A DNA stretch of 64,000 nt from Negaprion brevirostris (lineage: Eukaryota). Positions 13,480 through 24,947 of the stretch are shown one piece after another. The stretch covers positions 51,751,537 through 51,815,536 of the forward strand of contig JARDVH010000025.1 in the NCBI GenBank assembly GCA_030324005.1, given 5' to 3'. Every line of letters starts with the position of its first letter. The stretch's first letter is position 1. A program made the translations under genes and the position numbers. The notes under the pieces are model-generated. The model saw nothing but the letters and a program-made list of their open reading frames with translations. It made no database searches and had not been told where the DNA came from.

Positions 13480-13850
13480 GGTCCAAAATGCTTTGCACAG
13501 CCAATTAAGTACTTTTGAAGAATTCACTGTTGTAGAAAATGTAGCTGCCAGTTTGCGCACAGCAATGTGATCATGACCAGATAATTTGTTTTAGTGATTT
13601 TGATTCAAAGATAAATATTGACTCAGACACGAAGAAGAATCCCCTTGTTCTTATTCAAACAGTGTCTTGAGGTCTTGTATGTCCACCCAAGAAGACAGAG
13701 GACACTTCAGTTAAATATCTCATCTGGAAGGAAGTACCACTAACAGTGTAGTAGTCCATCATGAAATGTACTTTAATGTTAGATGCTGTACTCAAATAGA
13801 TTTAAATCAATAACCTTCTGACTCAGTAGTGAGAATTGGCCAAGGGCAAT
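13480..13850 (-). mobile_element. Deu-domain SINE (SacSINE1/AmnSINE1-like), decayed
   Basis: aaatgcttt.cacagccaat.aagtacttttgaag…tttgcgcacagcaa…ttcaaa.agtg.c.tg.g.tctt…tcagttaaa.atctcatctg; homologous to 47970-48300. Confidence 0.65.
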
Positions 13851-14019
13851 GCTGCATAAATCCAGAACTCAATTCAATGAGTAAGACTGAATGTGAGAGA
13901 TCCTTTGGTTACCAGGAGAAGTTTCCCTTGTAAACTTTTCTTTTCCTTACCGACTGCACCTGGTCCCACTGTGGTTAATAAGATTGTTAAAGACCGGAAA
14001 CTGGACACATGATCTTTCC

Positions 14020-14256
14020 AACTGAGTAGTTGAGACAAAGACCTAGAGAATCTATATTTGATCCCTGCTGTGCTTTGTGCCATGTTAGCTAAACTAGGAG
14101 TTGCAACAATTGACTTCAGTCATGGAAAGAATAATTGACCAGGTTTTCTTTTCCAAATCGTCTGTTGTCTCTGCTGGATATGTGCACTTGTGTCTTTTGA
14201 TGGGGGCAGTTTATCAAACTTGATGTTTAACTCAGTGGGACTTCATAGAATAATAG
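14020..14256 (+). mobile_element. LF-SINE-like remnant
   Basis: tttgatccctg…gtgc…gttagct…gcaacaattgacttcag…ccaggtttt…ctgctgga…gtgcacttgtg resembles the recalled LF-SINE-like shark repeat. Confidence 0.45.
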
Positions 14257-15319
14257 NNNNNNNNNNNNNNNNNNNNNNNNNNNNNNNNNNNNNNNNNNNN
14301 NNNNNNNNNNNNNNNNNNNNNNNNNNNNNNNNNNNNNNNNNNNNNNNNNNNNNNNNAATGCTGGTCCAGCCAGCGACAGCGAAATCTCATCAATGAAAAA
14401 AATGTGTTCAATTTGGGATGTTTATAGTTACAGGCATCAGATTCAGCGAAACTGCCACGCTGAACCAATGTCCCTTCGGAATGCAGAATGGGGTGTCAGT
14501 GATCATTGGATGGTGGGTGTTAATTAAACTGTACTCTGTGAAGTCCAATTACTCAGTCCAGCAAATTTCCTTAATTATCTCAGTGGTCACTGCTACTTCG
14601 ACAAGGAAAGGAAATCAGTCAGTTTGCTGACAACTCAACACTAATCATTTTTCTTGTTAACTAGCTTTAATCATTTTTTAGAAATGATGAAACCTATAAG
14701 AAATAAAATCTGCTCGGCCCTCTTCCAATTGTCTGGAAGTCACCGTCAAAAAGAATCCAAAGCAGTGAATGGCATTTTTGGTGTATTGGTCCCTGATGGT
14801 TAATTAGTTATTCATCTGATTAACATAGATTAACATTCGGATATATAACAATGGGGGAGGTTCACAGATAATCTGCTTGAAGGAGCATCTGGCATTGTGT
14901 TCACCCAGGTCACCAACTCAGAGCAGAAAATAGAAGGAGAATGTTGTAAGTGACATGCAAGTGTTGTCACTGCATCACTGATCGTATCAACATCTCCTGT
15001 AGATACTGACAACTGGCAGAAGTAAAAAGGCAACTTAAATATTCACAAAGCAGCAGGTCGAACATCTGTGGTGAGAGCAAATCTTCCCTGTTGCAGATTT
15101 CCAGAGCACAGCACCAACATTTGGATGATCTAGAAAACATGTTAAGGCTCAAAGATTAAGGACCAAAACTCCCTTCTTCTACAACAACCTTCTTTTTTCC
15201 AAATTGTCTCAAGAGGGTGAAATTTCCCATTCCGTTCACCACAGGAATCATAATGGGTGAGGGGTGCAGCGTGGAAAAGTCAGTTGTTCTGGGGGTGGGA
15301 ATTTCTGGTTTTGAGGCGA

Positions 15320-15645
15320 GCGCAACATTTGGAACATGAGTGCAGCATTTATTGCCCATCCCTAGTTACCTGAAGGCAGTTGAGAGTCAACCACATTGCT
15401 GTGGCTCTGGAGTCACATATAGGCAAGACCAGGTAAGGATGGCAGATTTCTTCCTTAAAGGACACTAGTGAATCAGATGGGTTTTTCCGAGAATCGGCGA
15501 TAGTCATCAGTAGATTCTTAATTCCAGATTTTAAAAATTGAATTCAAATTCCACTACTTGCTGTGGCAGGTTCAAACCCAGGTCCCTATAACATTAGTTG
15601 AGTTTCTGGATTAGTAGTCTAGCGATAATAACACTAGGCCATCAT
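15320..15645 (-). mobile_element. tRNA-headed SINE (family B)
   Basis: cagcatttattgcccatccctagtt…gagtcaaccacattgctgtgg.tctggagtcacat…ggttcaaacccaggtccc. Confidence 0.75.
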
Positions 15646-17739
15646 TTACCACTTACTTCTCTCCAACTCTAAATAGAATATTTAAAGAAATGCTAGTCTT
15701 CCTGCTCCTGCATTATTGTGTATGGAGCCACCAAGAACCCTTAGCCGTCTTCCATTCATTAGCTCTATATAACCTCATGGGCCAGCATTTTACCAGTTCA
15801 TTGAAGGAAGGGATGTCAGCTGTATTAAGGCAACCTCTCAATGGTTTCCTGGAAAGAGGGAAGGCTTAGTTTTCAGAGGATTCATGCCCTGAAGAAGGGA
15901 GCCCTAGCAGCAATGACTGTCCATGCAGCTCCAACACTGCTGTTGCAGGGGTCACCTCATTTTTCTCTTTCATCCTCCGCAGTAAACACCTCTAAATATT
16001 GTACCTACGTTGGGACTTACATGGTGGCAAAATCCTAGCCACGTAGTCAGCTTCCTCCTGTATTGTAACAACATTTAGGTGTACATAGTCACCTCCCATT
16101 GAACCTGTGGTGGTGACTATTGTCTTGCCTCCCACATCAATCACTTGCCACTTGATATCCCAGATCCACCTGCAGGCTTCCTTGTCATCCTTATTAGATT
16201 TGGGCAGAATCTGTCCTTCAGATCAGGTCATTGGCTCAGGCTAGCCGCATACTAGGCTAAGTTCTCATCTGGGAATAAAAATTGCCTCTTTTTCTGTCTG
16301 AACCCATCGTTCAATAGGAAAAAATTAAATTTGCTTGTCCAAACCTGATCAGTAGAACTATTTCTTAGCAGTAGGAGCAATAGTTTTGTATATCCACAGT
16401 GAGCATTATTTTACCTCAGGTTTGTTATTAACATATTGAAAATTTAAAACTGTTCAGAACAAAGTGCAATGAACATAGCTACATATTGTATTATCACATT
16501 TTATTATCATCCACACTGAAAATACAATTTGTAAGATCATTACTGAATGTTCTACTTGGAGATTATTACTTCCTTCACCACTGACTGAACTCAAGCTGTT
16601 TTCTGTATTGTTAAAACATGATCTGCAGGAAGGTGCAAAATTAACTTGATCGTCAAGGAATTTAAGGCAAGTGACTTAAAATTGCAGGAAGAAAAGACTA
16701 ATTACTGCAATTACTGACCTTCAATAGTTTGAAGAGACCCAAACTGATAATCTGTGGTGGAAGAAAAATGCAGTACATGTATGCAACCAGTATATAGAGC
16801 CAAGATGTCTCACTGAACCAAAATAGATGCTTTCAGCATTTCAAATATCTGAACTCAGCTCTGTCGGAACAAAATCCTTTTAGTATTAGCAAGCCATGGA
16901 TCATTCAGCGTAGGTCCAGTTTCCATATATTATTCAATAGCTCAATTCTTAAAAAATCCTTTCCCTTCCTTAAAGAGGATATATTTCACAGAACTATCAT
17001 AAATTGTTTTCAAGATAGCAGAANNNNNNNNNNGGGAATCCAAGCAAACAGCAGCCATGTAGGCCGGATGCCACTCAAGACCTCAACATGGAGCTGCTCT
17101 GCTTGACTATACCTACAAGCTTTTCAGATAACTATGTCAATCTTTCATTATCCATTTCAATGTCATGTGCTCATTTGGTCCTTAACTCTTGAGGCGTCTC
17201 AATTTCCTGTGTGCAGATTGTTTGTCATACACATAACTGAATGGCTCAAATTTCTTATTCACAAAATAGTGAGTAACCACAACTGAACAAATTCTGAACA
17301 AAGCAGTCACCAAGTAGTAAGTGTTATAAACAGGTGAGGAAGACCTCCTTGGTTGGTCACAACAAAGATTTATTTCTGCACCCCCCCCCCCCCCATACCC
17401 TCTGTGGACAAATTTATGTAATGAACAATAAGGAAACAAACAAGTTAAAAAGAGCAAATATCTTAACTACTAAACAGGAAGGAGAAAACCACACACACGT
17501 GTCAGGAAAGTCCAACAAAAATGTTAAAATAATAAGTCGTTAAGTGACTCTTGCTTGTAGATTGTTAAAAGTTGCAGCTAATTTGGATTAGCTGGTCTCA
17601 TGGATGAGGTCAAATGTAGAAAATATTGCAGTTGTTACAAATATCTCAGTTCATTTGTAGATTACTAGTAAAGTTGCCTCCCAAAACGATGAATACACTT
17701 GTTCCGAAAGAAAGAGGGAAGAGCAGCAACTCTTAGCTT

Positions 17740-18015
17740 GAATCCTCTGCTGAATGCTTGCCAACAATCTCTCTCCACATTGTCTGCAGCCTAGCCTGCT
17801 ATACTTCACCCATTGTGTATTTCCAAGGGATTTTGAGTGGGTCTGAGTGTGGCAGTCATTGTTTCAATCTCTTCCTGTTATGATGGATCTTTGACATATA
17901 GGAAATGTTTCCATCTTCACATTCTCTGAGGGTGTCTTGTTTTTTCACCTTCACCTTGGAAGGTGGTCTTGTGTTTTCAAGTAGTTTGTTCTGTCTCATT
18001 TCAAATTGCAGACTT
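17740..18015 (-). repeat. Second copy of the unclassified ancient repeat
   Basis: Similar to 6090-6360. Confidence 0.5.
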
Positions 18016-18469
18016 TAAATTGTAAGTACACATTAGAATCTTCCAGAAGTTGGCCACTGGCACCTGATGTCAAGGGACTTGTGGCAGTCATCTTTCGTCA
18101 GTTAGTCAGTGCATTTCCTCATCTTTGTAAAACTCTTTTTAAACAGTTCAGTAAATGCTTGGCTAGCCGTTAAAATTACAGATTAGCATCGTTCATGTAC
18201 AAATCACCACAAAGTGACATATACAAGGATGAAAATCAAAAATTATGAAATTTTTTACAAAATGAAATAGGGGACAGCAACAGCTAGCAATAAAAAGAGC
18301 AATAAAAAGGTGAACTAATCAAAGCTGTCAAAGTGATTTATTTTGTCAGATATCTGTAATTATGTGAAAAATTTAAACCTTAATTTCATTCAGCTTCTTA
18401 ACAACATCAACTGAAAGCGTGAAAGCTAGTAGGAAACAGCTCTCAGACTATTTGCAGAACTTCAAGAAC

Positions 18470-18985
18470 ATTCTATTGACAGCAAGATAACCCATTCATT
18501 GTGCGCTCTTGGATTTGTGGCTTCATCAAACCTCGAACTCCCCTGACCTCAAATTTTCCAGATGCCCTCTGCTGCTGTTGAGTTGTCATTTCATCTTTCC
18601 TTCCTTGGTCCCAAGTAAGATCTTTGCTTTCTATAGAGGTCATCCCCCTTTGCATGGCATACCCTGGCAATCTTCAACCCAAATGGTGCTGACCTAAGTA
18701 TATCTAGCACAAAAATTGTTTAGCCACTCATCACCAGATCCAGCTCTGGTTTGTTAAAACCACATACTATTCCAGGATAAGTCTGCTGAACAAAGATGAT
18801 CTTTGACTTCTTGTTTTCCCATAACCACAAATCTCCTCCAATCCCTCTCCTTGCATCCTTCATGACCTCCAGTAGGAAGCGTAAGGAGCTCACAGATTTC
18901 TTTGCCTTTAACTTATTGATCGTCCCTTCAGTTGCCTCGCTTCCTTTTATCCCCCCAAGGTCTACTGACCTTCTACAAAGCACAA
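18470..18985 (+). mobile_element. Decayed L2-type LINE fragment
   Basis: C/T-rich L2 ORF2 signature (ccataaccacaaatctcctcc…gtaaggagctcacagatttctttgcc). Confidence 0.45.
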
Positions 18986-19640
18986 GTCAGGAATGTGATA
19001 GAATACTCTCTGCTTGCCCATCTGCTTATGGTTCCAAAAACACCCAAAAGAAGCTTGACCCCATCCACAACAAAGCAGCCTGCTACTTTCACCAATGAAG
19101 CACAATGACAATAGTGTGAACCATCGACAAGATGCACTGCAACNNNNNNNNNNAAGATGTGCGGGTTGGGTTGATTGGCCGTGCTAAGAAATTGCCCCTT
19201 AGTGTCCAGGGATGCGTAAGTTAGAGGGCTTAATGGGTATAATATGTAGGGATATGGGGGTAGGGCCTGGGTGGGATTGTGTTCGGTGCAGACTCAAAGG
19301 GTCGAAGGGCATCTTTCTGCACTGTAGGGTTCTATGATTCAAGGCAGCACTTTCCAAATTCACAATCACTACCACCTATAAGGACAAAAGCAACAGATGC
19401 GTGAGAGCACCACTACTTGCAAGTTCTCCTCCAAATCACACACCATCCTGACTTGGAACTAGTTCACAGTTCCTTCACTGCTGCTGGGTCAGTATCCTGG
19501 AAGTCCCTTCTGAACAATGCTGTGGGTTTATCTACATCAAATGGACTCCAGTGGTTCAAACTGGTAGCTCATCACCATCTTCTCATGGACAATGAGGGAT
19601 AGGCAACAACGCTGGTCTTGCCAGTAATGCCTACATCCCN
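18985..19640 (+). mobile_element. LINE 3' region (family B partner) with an HE1 SINE fragment inserted at 19155-19340
   Basis: QKKLDPIHNKAAC peptide and 3' end caccatcttctc..ggacaat.agggat.ggcaac…ggtcttgccag…cacatccc, shared with the family B SINE tail. Confidence 0.65.
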
Positions 19641-20008
19641 NNNNNNNNNTTTTAAATCACCATGCCAAATCTTTCTGTTCATTCTAGCTTGAATTTTAAT
19701 TCCTCTCCAGTCTCCCCCAACCTGTGATATGAGTTCATCTTATCCATGAGTGGAAAATGCCATTTTGAAGTGTCTGCAAACAAAGTGCAATCTCAAGATT
19801 TCAGGAAGGTTTATAAAATAATTAAAGGATGAGTTATGGATCAATCATTTCATCTGAATAGGTTAGGCACTTACCTGCCCTCCATGCATTGAATAGTGGA
19901 CCTGTGAAATGTGTTGGCAGCTTGTGAAGTGAATGATGAATCAATGTATTCCTTGAAATAAGTGCTGGACCTCTTCCTATTGGGGCAGAGATCATCTCTA
20001 CCTTGCAG

Positions 20009-21255
20009 AGGTATGCTGTAATGTTAATCAAGGTGAATGCAATCACACAGACTCGTGTTGATCAGTTAGGGGAGTCATAGAAGGAATATTCCAGTTTGCA
20101 TTGGTCTGGGTTTTTAATATGATTTTCATCTTCCTCATGACATCACACAGGGGCATCACAATTGCGGGGAACAGGCTGGATAGACCAGCAGGTTACTTCC
20201 TGTCCATAACATTACGGATGTTTGCATGTAGCGGTCTTTCTGCCAAAATATTCCAATTATAAAAATTGTGTTCAGTTGTGCCCACCACAATTTCTTCTGA
20301 AATGGCTGATGAATCAGAAATTCCTGACAAGAGGGCTCTGTATGCTCAATTTTAGTTGTCAGATCACGCTGCAGGTACATCTGCTCTTTTCATCATCAAC
20401 ATTGCTTTGCAGTTATTTCTGCTCCATGCATTATTCATCATAACGCAATGTGACTTCCTCCCCTGGAGAGGTGCCTTGCTTCATAGCAAAACCAGAAACT
20501 GACAAAATTCATCATGCGTATGATTGATGGATTTAATGGGGGGGTATAGCTTGGGGGGGGAAACTATTGGAACATTATTTGTGTACTTAAAGAAGCAGCA
20601 CAAAGAAATGTTTTGCAAATTTATTCTTTATCCCCAGAAACAAACAGCACAATGACTTCAGTTGCATCAAAACGCATCATCTTATCACAACTAACTCTCT
20701 GGCTGCTCTCCCTTCTTAACAGGTCAGAAGTTTTCTGGACGCACCAGAATACATTGTGGCAAAAAGAGGCTTGCCTTCTCCCGATGATCCTGCCTTACAA
20801 AGAATGACTACAAGAACAGAGTTCTGCTCCGGATTTATGAAGAGATCTGGTTCACAATCCGAGTGAGAAGTGTGGAGCTCCAACACTGCAGACTGATAGT
20901 CCAACAGCGATTGCTGCTCCTCTGAAGGTTCAGGTTTTACTCTCCACAATCTCGCTGGTTCATGGCGGCTTATTTCCTTTCAGTTAATACTTCTGAATAC
21001 AGAACGTGGCTCCATTTGCTGAAATTTGAAATCTCAGCTTGCCTTATGCACCTGAGTAGCTAACTCCTTTCCAGGCTTTCCATTTAAGCTTTCCCCTGAG
21101 CACTCTGATAGACCAACGTACCCAAGTGCTTTGCTTCCATTAACAGCCTGGGAAGGACCCTCCACTTAAATGTTCCAAGGTTCAGAGTGGCAAATAAGCT
21201 AAATCATAGTATTTACTGTTAGGCCTAACTAGTTCATGTCAGTGTTGATGCTCTG
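20009..21255 (+). other. Candidate long non-coding (5'UTR-type) exon or conserved non-coding block, tentatively LRFN5-like
   Basis: Repeat-free, complex sequence with no long ORF. Bounded by acceptor-like atctctaccttgcag (AG ends 20008) and donor CTG|gtgagt (21256). The segment at about 20520-21000 resembles my recollection of the amniote LRFN5 5'UTR exon; this is unverified. Confidence 0.4.
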
Positions 21256-21571
21256 GTGAGTAGTAGCTCCCATATGGCTATCCTGTTCCCACATCCATTT
21301 AAACCCATTTTCTTCAACCACCTGTCTAACCTATTTTTAAATATAAAACTAAACTTTACATAGTCAGGGCACTAACAGATATTTGGACTTTAGGTCATGT
21401 ACGAGCATTTGATTGTCAGCATTCCTGGCATACATTCTCACTACGGTGCTTTGGACACTGGCTGGGTTGTCAGTGTGATATTGGAGAATACTAGACTAGA
21501 GAAGTATTGGGCAATTCTCTTAATCTAATAGGCTTTAGTTCCCGCAGGAAATGTACGTGCTGAGATTCTCA

Positions 21572-21575
<4 letters not shown>

Positions 21576-21653
<78 letters not shown>
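21576..21653 (+). repeat. (AC)n microsatellite, about 39 perfect units
   Basis: Read directly from the sequence. Confidence 0.98.
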
Positions 21654-21656
<3 letters not shown>

Positions 21657-21739
21657 TGAGAGTCAAGTCTGACTCTAATGCAAATGTCTGGTAAGAAATG
21701 TACCAGTTTAGTAGCTTGCTAGTTGACAATCATTCTGAT

Positions 21740-22560
21740 TTTCGTATCATCTGCAAATTTTGGAATCATGCCCTGAATACCACAGCCTAGGTCATTAATA
21801 TATATCAGGAAGAGCAAGGGTCCCAACTCCACTCCAAATCTTCCTCCAATCTGAAAAGCAACCATTCATTACTACTTTGCTTCCCGCCACTCAGTCAATT
21901 TCTTATCCAAATGCCTACTTTCCACTTTATTCTATGAGCCAGCATTTTGTTCACAAGTCTGCTGTGTGGCACTGTATCATAGACACCACATCAGCAGCAT
22001 TTCCCTTGTCAACCCTCTCTGTTACTTCTTCCAAAAACTCCAGCAAGTTTGTTAAACATGATTTTCCATTAATAAATCCATGCTGGCTTTCCTTAATTAT
22101 CCTGTACTTGTCTAGGTGCCTACTGATTTTGTTCTGAACTGTGACTTCCAGACATTTCTCCACTATGCAAGACTATGACTGGTCTATCATTGCTGGCTTT
22201 ATCCTTGCACAAACATGCAATGTTTGCAGTTTTCCAGTTCTCTAGCACCACTCCTGTGTTTAAGGAAGACTGTAAAATTATCAGGGCCTCTGCAATTTCT
22301 ATTCTCACTGCGCTGGTATCCTTGGATGCATCTCAACCTGGTCCTGGCACCTTTTTTATTTTAAGTAAAGGTAGCCTTTCTCAATTATTCTCATGTACCA
22401 GTTACCACCTCTCTCACTTTGACCAGGGTAGTATCTTGTTCCTTTGTAAAGACAAATGTAAAGTATTTGTTTAATACCCCTGCTATTTATCCCGTCTCTT
22501 CTTGTAAGTTCTCTTTTTCTATCCCTAATTGACAGAGTCTCTCTTTAACCACCCTTTTGT
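21740..22560 (-). mobile_element. Decayed CR1 RT fragment
   Basis: HLDKYRIIKESQHGFINGKSCLTNLLEFLEEVTERVDKGNAADV and WKTANI. Confidence 0.85.
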
Positions 22561-22569
22561 TACACATTT

Positions 22570-22873
22570 AAGTTTAAGTTTATTTATTTGTGTCACAAGT
22601 AGGCTTACAATATATTGCAATCAAGTTATTGCGAAAATCTCCCGAGTTGCCACACTCTGTCACTTGTTCAGGTACACTGAGGGAGAATTTAGCATGGCCA
22701 ATGAACCTAACCAGCACGTCTTTCGGACTGTGGGAGGAAACCAGAACACCTGTATGAAACCCACAAATACAGGGAGAACGTGCAGACTCTGTACAGACAG
22801 TAACCCAAACCAGGAATTGAACCTGAGTCCCTGGCACTGTGAGGCAGCAAAGCTAACCACTGTGCCACTGTAC
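22570..22873 (-). mobile_element. HE1-headed SINE with alternative (type B) tail
   Basis: HE1 head and core, then ctaaattctccctcagtgtacc.gaaca…gagtgtggc.act.gg..atttt…gtaagcctacttgtgac…aataaataaact. Confidence 0.8.
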
Positions 22874-23249
22874 CGCTCTTCATGTATACGTATGTGCATG
22901 TGTATGTTGATAAAAAAACTCTGGGATTCCCTTCTTATATTCTTGAAAAACCTGAGGAAACATTTATGATGAATTCTTGAGTGTTGTGCAGGTTGGTAAG
23001 AAATGGGTGGAATGGGTGAAGTTAACAATTGGCAAAGAAACGAGGATGCACACTGTCGCCTGATGTTTTTATGCTGGAAACAACAAAGACTTCTGCACTA
23101 AAAGATGATATTGGAGCTCTGTCCTTATGAGGCAACAATTTTTTCTATATCTGATTTGTTAATGGAAATAATCTGATATAAACATCCAGAAAAGATTGCA
23201 CAAACTGATCAGGTGTATGTGTAGATTACAAAATTTCATTTACTGAAAA

Positions 23250-24200
23250 TAACTTTTCCACAGCACCTTTAACATAGTAAAACATTCCAAAGTGCCTCAG
23301 AGCAGCATTTTAAAACAAAATATGATACCCATCCACATAAGGAGACATTAGGTCAGATCACCAAAAGCTTGGTGTTTTAATGACTGTCTTAAAGGAGAAA
23401 AGTGAGAGAGGTGGTGATGTGTCGGAAGGGTATTCCAGGGCTTGGGGCCTAAACAACCGAAAGCACAGCCATAAATTGTACAGCAATTAAAATCAGGAAT
23501 GCTGAAGAGGCCAGAATTCGGTACCGGGGAGAAAGCAGAATTAGGCTATTGAGTTGGATGATCAGCCGTGATTGTGATGAATGACGGAGCAGGCGTAAAG
23601 GGCCGAATGGCCTCCTCCTACTCCTATCGTCTATGTTTCTGTGAAAGCAGGTATCTCTGAGGGTTGAGGACTGAAGGAAATTACAAAGATGGGGAGGGGG
23701 TGAGGCCAAAGAGGAATTTGAAAACAAGGATGAGAATTTTAATACAAAGATATTGTTTGATCAGTCGCCAGTGTAGGCCAGTGAGTATTGGGGGGATTGG
23801 GTCATTGAACTTGTTTTGAGTTATGAAACAGGCAGCAGAGTTTTGGATGGGCTGGAGTTTATGGAGGGTAGAATGCGGCAGATCAGCCAAGAAGATACTG
23901 GAATGATTATCTTGAGGTAGCAAAGGCTAGATGAGAGTTTTGGCAGCAAATAAACTGAAACAGGCGGCGAAGTCGGGTGATGCTACAGAGGTGGAAATAG
24001 TGATGTCTCCAATATGAGGTCTGAAGTTTATCTAAGGATCAAACATGACAACCAAGGTTGTGAACAGCCTGGATTAATCTCGGACCATTGTCAGGGAGAC
24101 TGATGGAGTCAACTAGGGAATGAAGGTTAGAGGAGGAGCAAAAACAATAGCTTGAGTCTTCCCAATATTTAATTAGAGGAAATTGCTGGATAAGCAGTGT
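23250..24200 (-). mobile_element. L2 LINE 3' region with a CR1 tail fragment inserted (about 23530-23640)
   Basis: LADLPHSTLHKLQPIQNSAACFIT…PILTGLHWRLIKQ is the L2 ORF2 C-terminal motif. Confidence 0.8.
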
Positions 24201-24947
24201 GTGAGGGACACAGTGCATTAAAGCTTAGTTGATTGTGGTCTAAAGTGTGGACAAACAGTGCGTCANNNNNNNNNNNNNNNNNNNNNNNNNCACGTGGCCA
24301 AACTCAAGTCAACAATGTCACCACACTTGTGATGTTGTGGTTAAAACAACGGGGAGTATTGCAAGATTCATGGCTTGACAGTGAAAGTAAAGAGTGGTCT
24401 CGTTTGAAATGTTTCAGGAGGTCATCCTGGCTTTCAATTTCATTTGTAAGCGATTAAAAGTTTTTTAAAGTTTACATTGACTTGTAATACTTAAAATGCA
24501 CCTTAGTGCAAGGGTGAGTAAAAACAGCGCAGCATTTTGGTTTTCTTCAGCTTTTTGTAGTTCATTTCTAGGGGATTAGTGTTTGCATCACAGTGGAAAG
24601 AACCAGCTAATTATACATAATCATGAGAGGACTCTTTGTACCAATCTCGTTACTTTCAGGTTAGGCTAAGTGAATGAGAGGCTACCTATGGTGTAACTGT
24701 TCTCTGGTCTTATTTTGAACTGACTCCAGTGATATCGCTGTTGACTATGTAACCAAACTGGAAAAGGCAGGAAGTACTATGTTAGCAGATAAACTGAAAG
24801 GATGAATTTGAAACCATCTGCAGGTTGGACTTTGTCTGGGATCACAATATACTTTAAACTAGCATTAGATGCATTTGACCATTTAAAAAAAACTTAAAAG
24901 GGCCATATATTGAATTCTCCTTCAATTTTCTGGCATAATTTGTTCAC

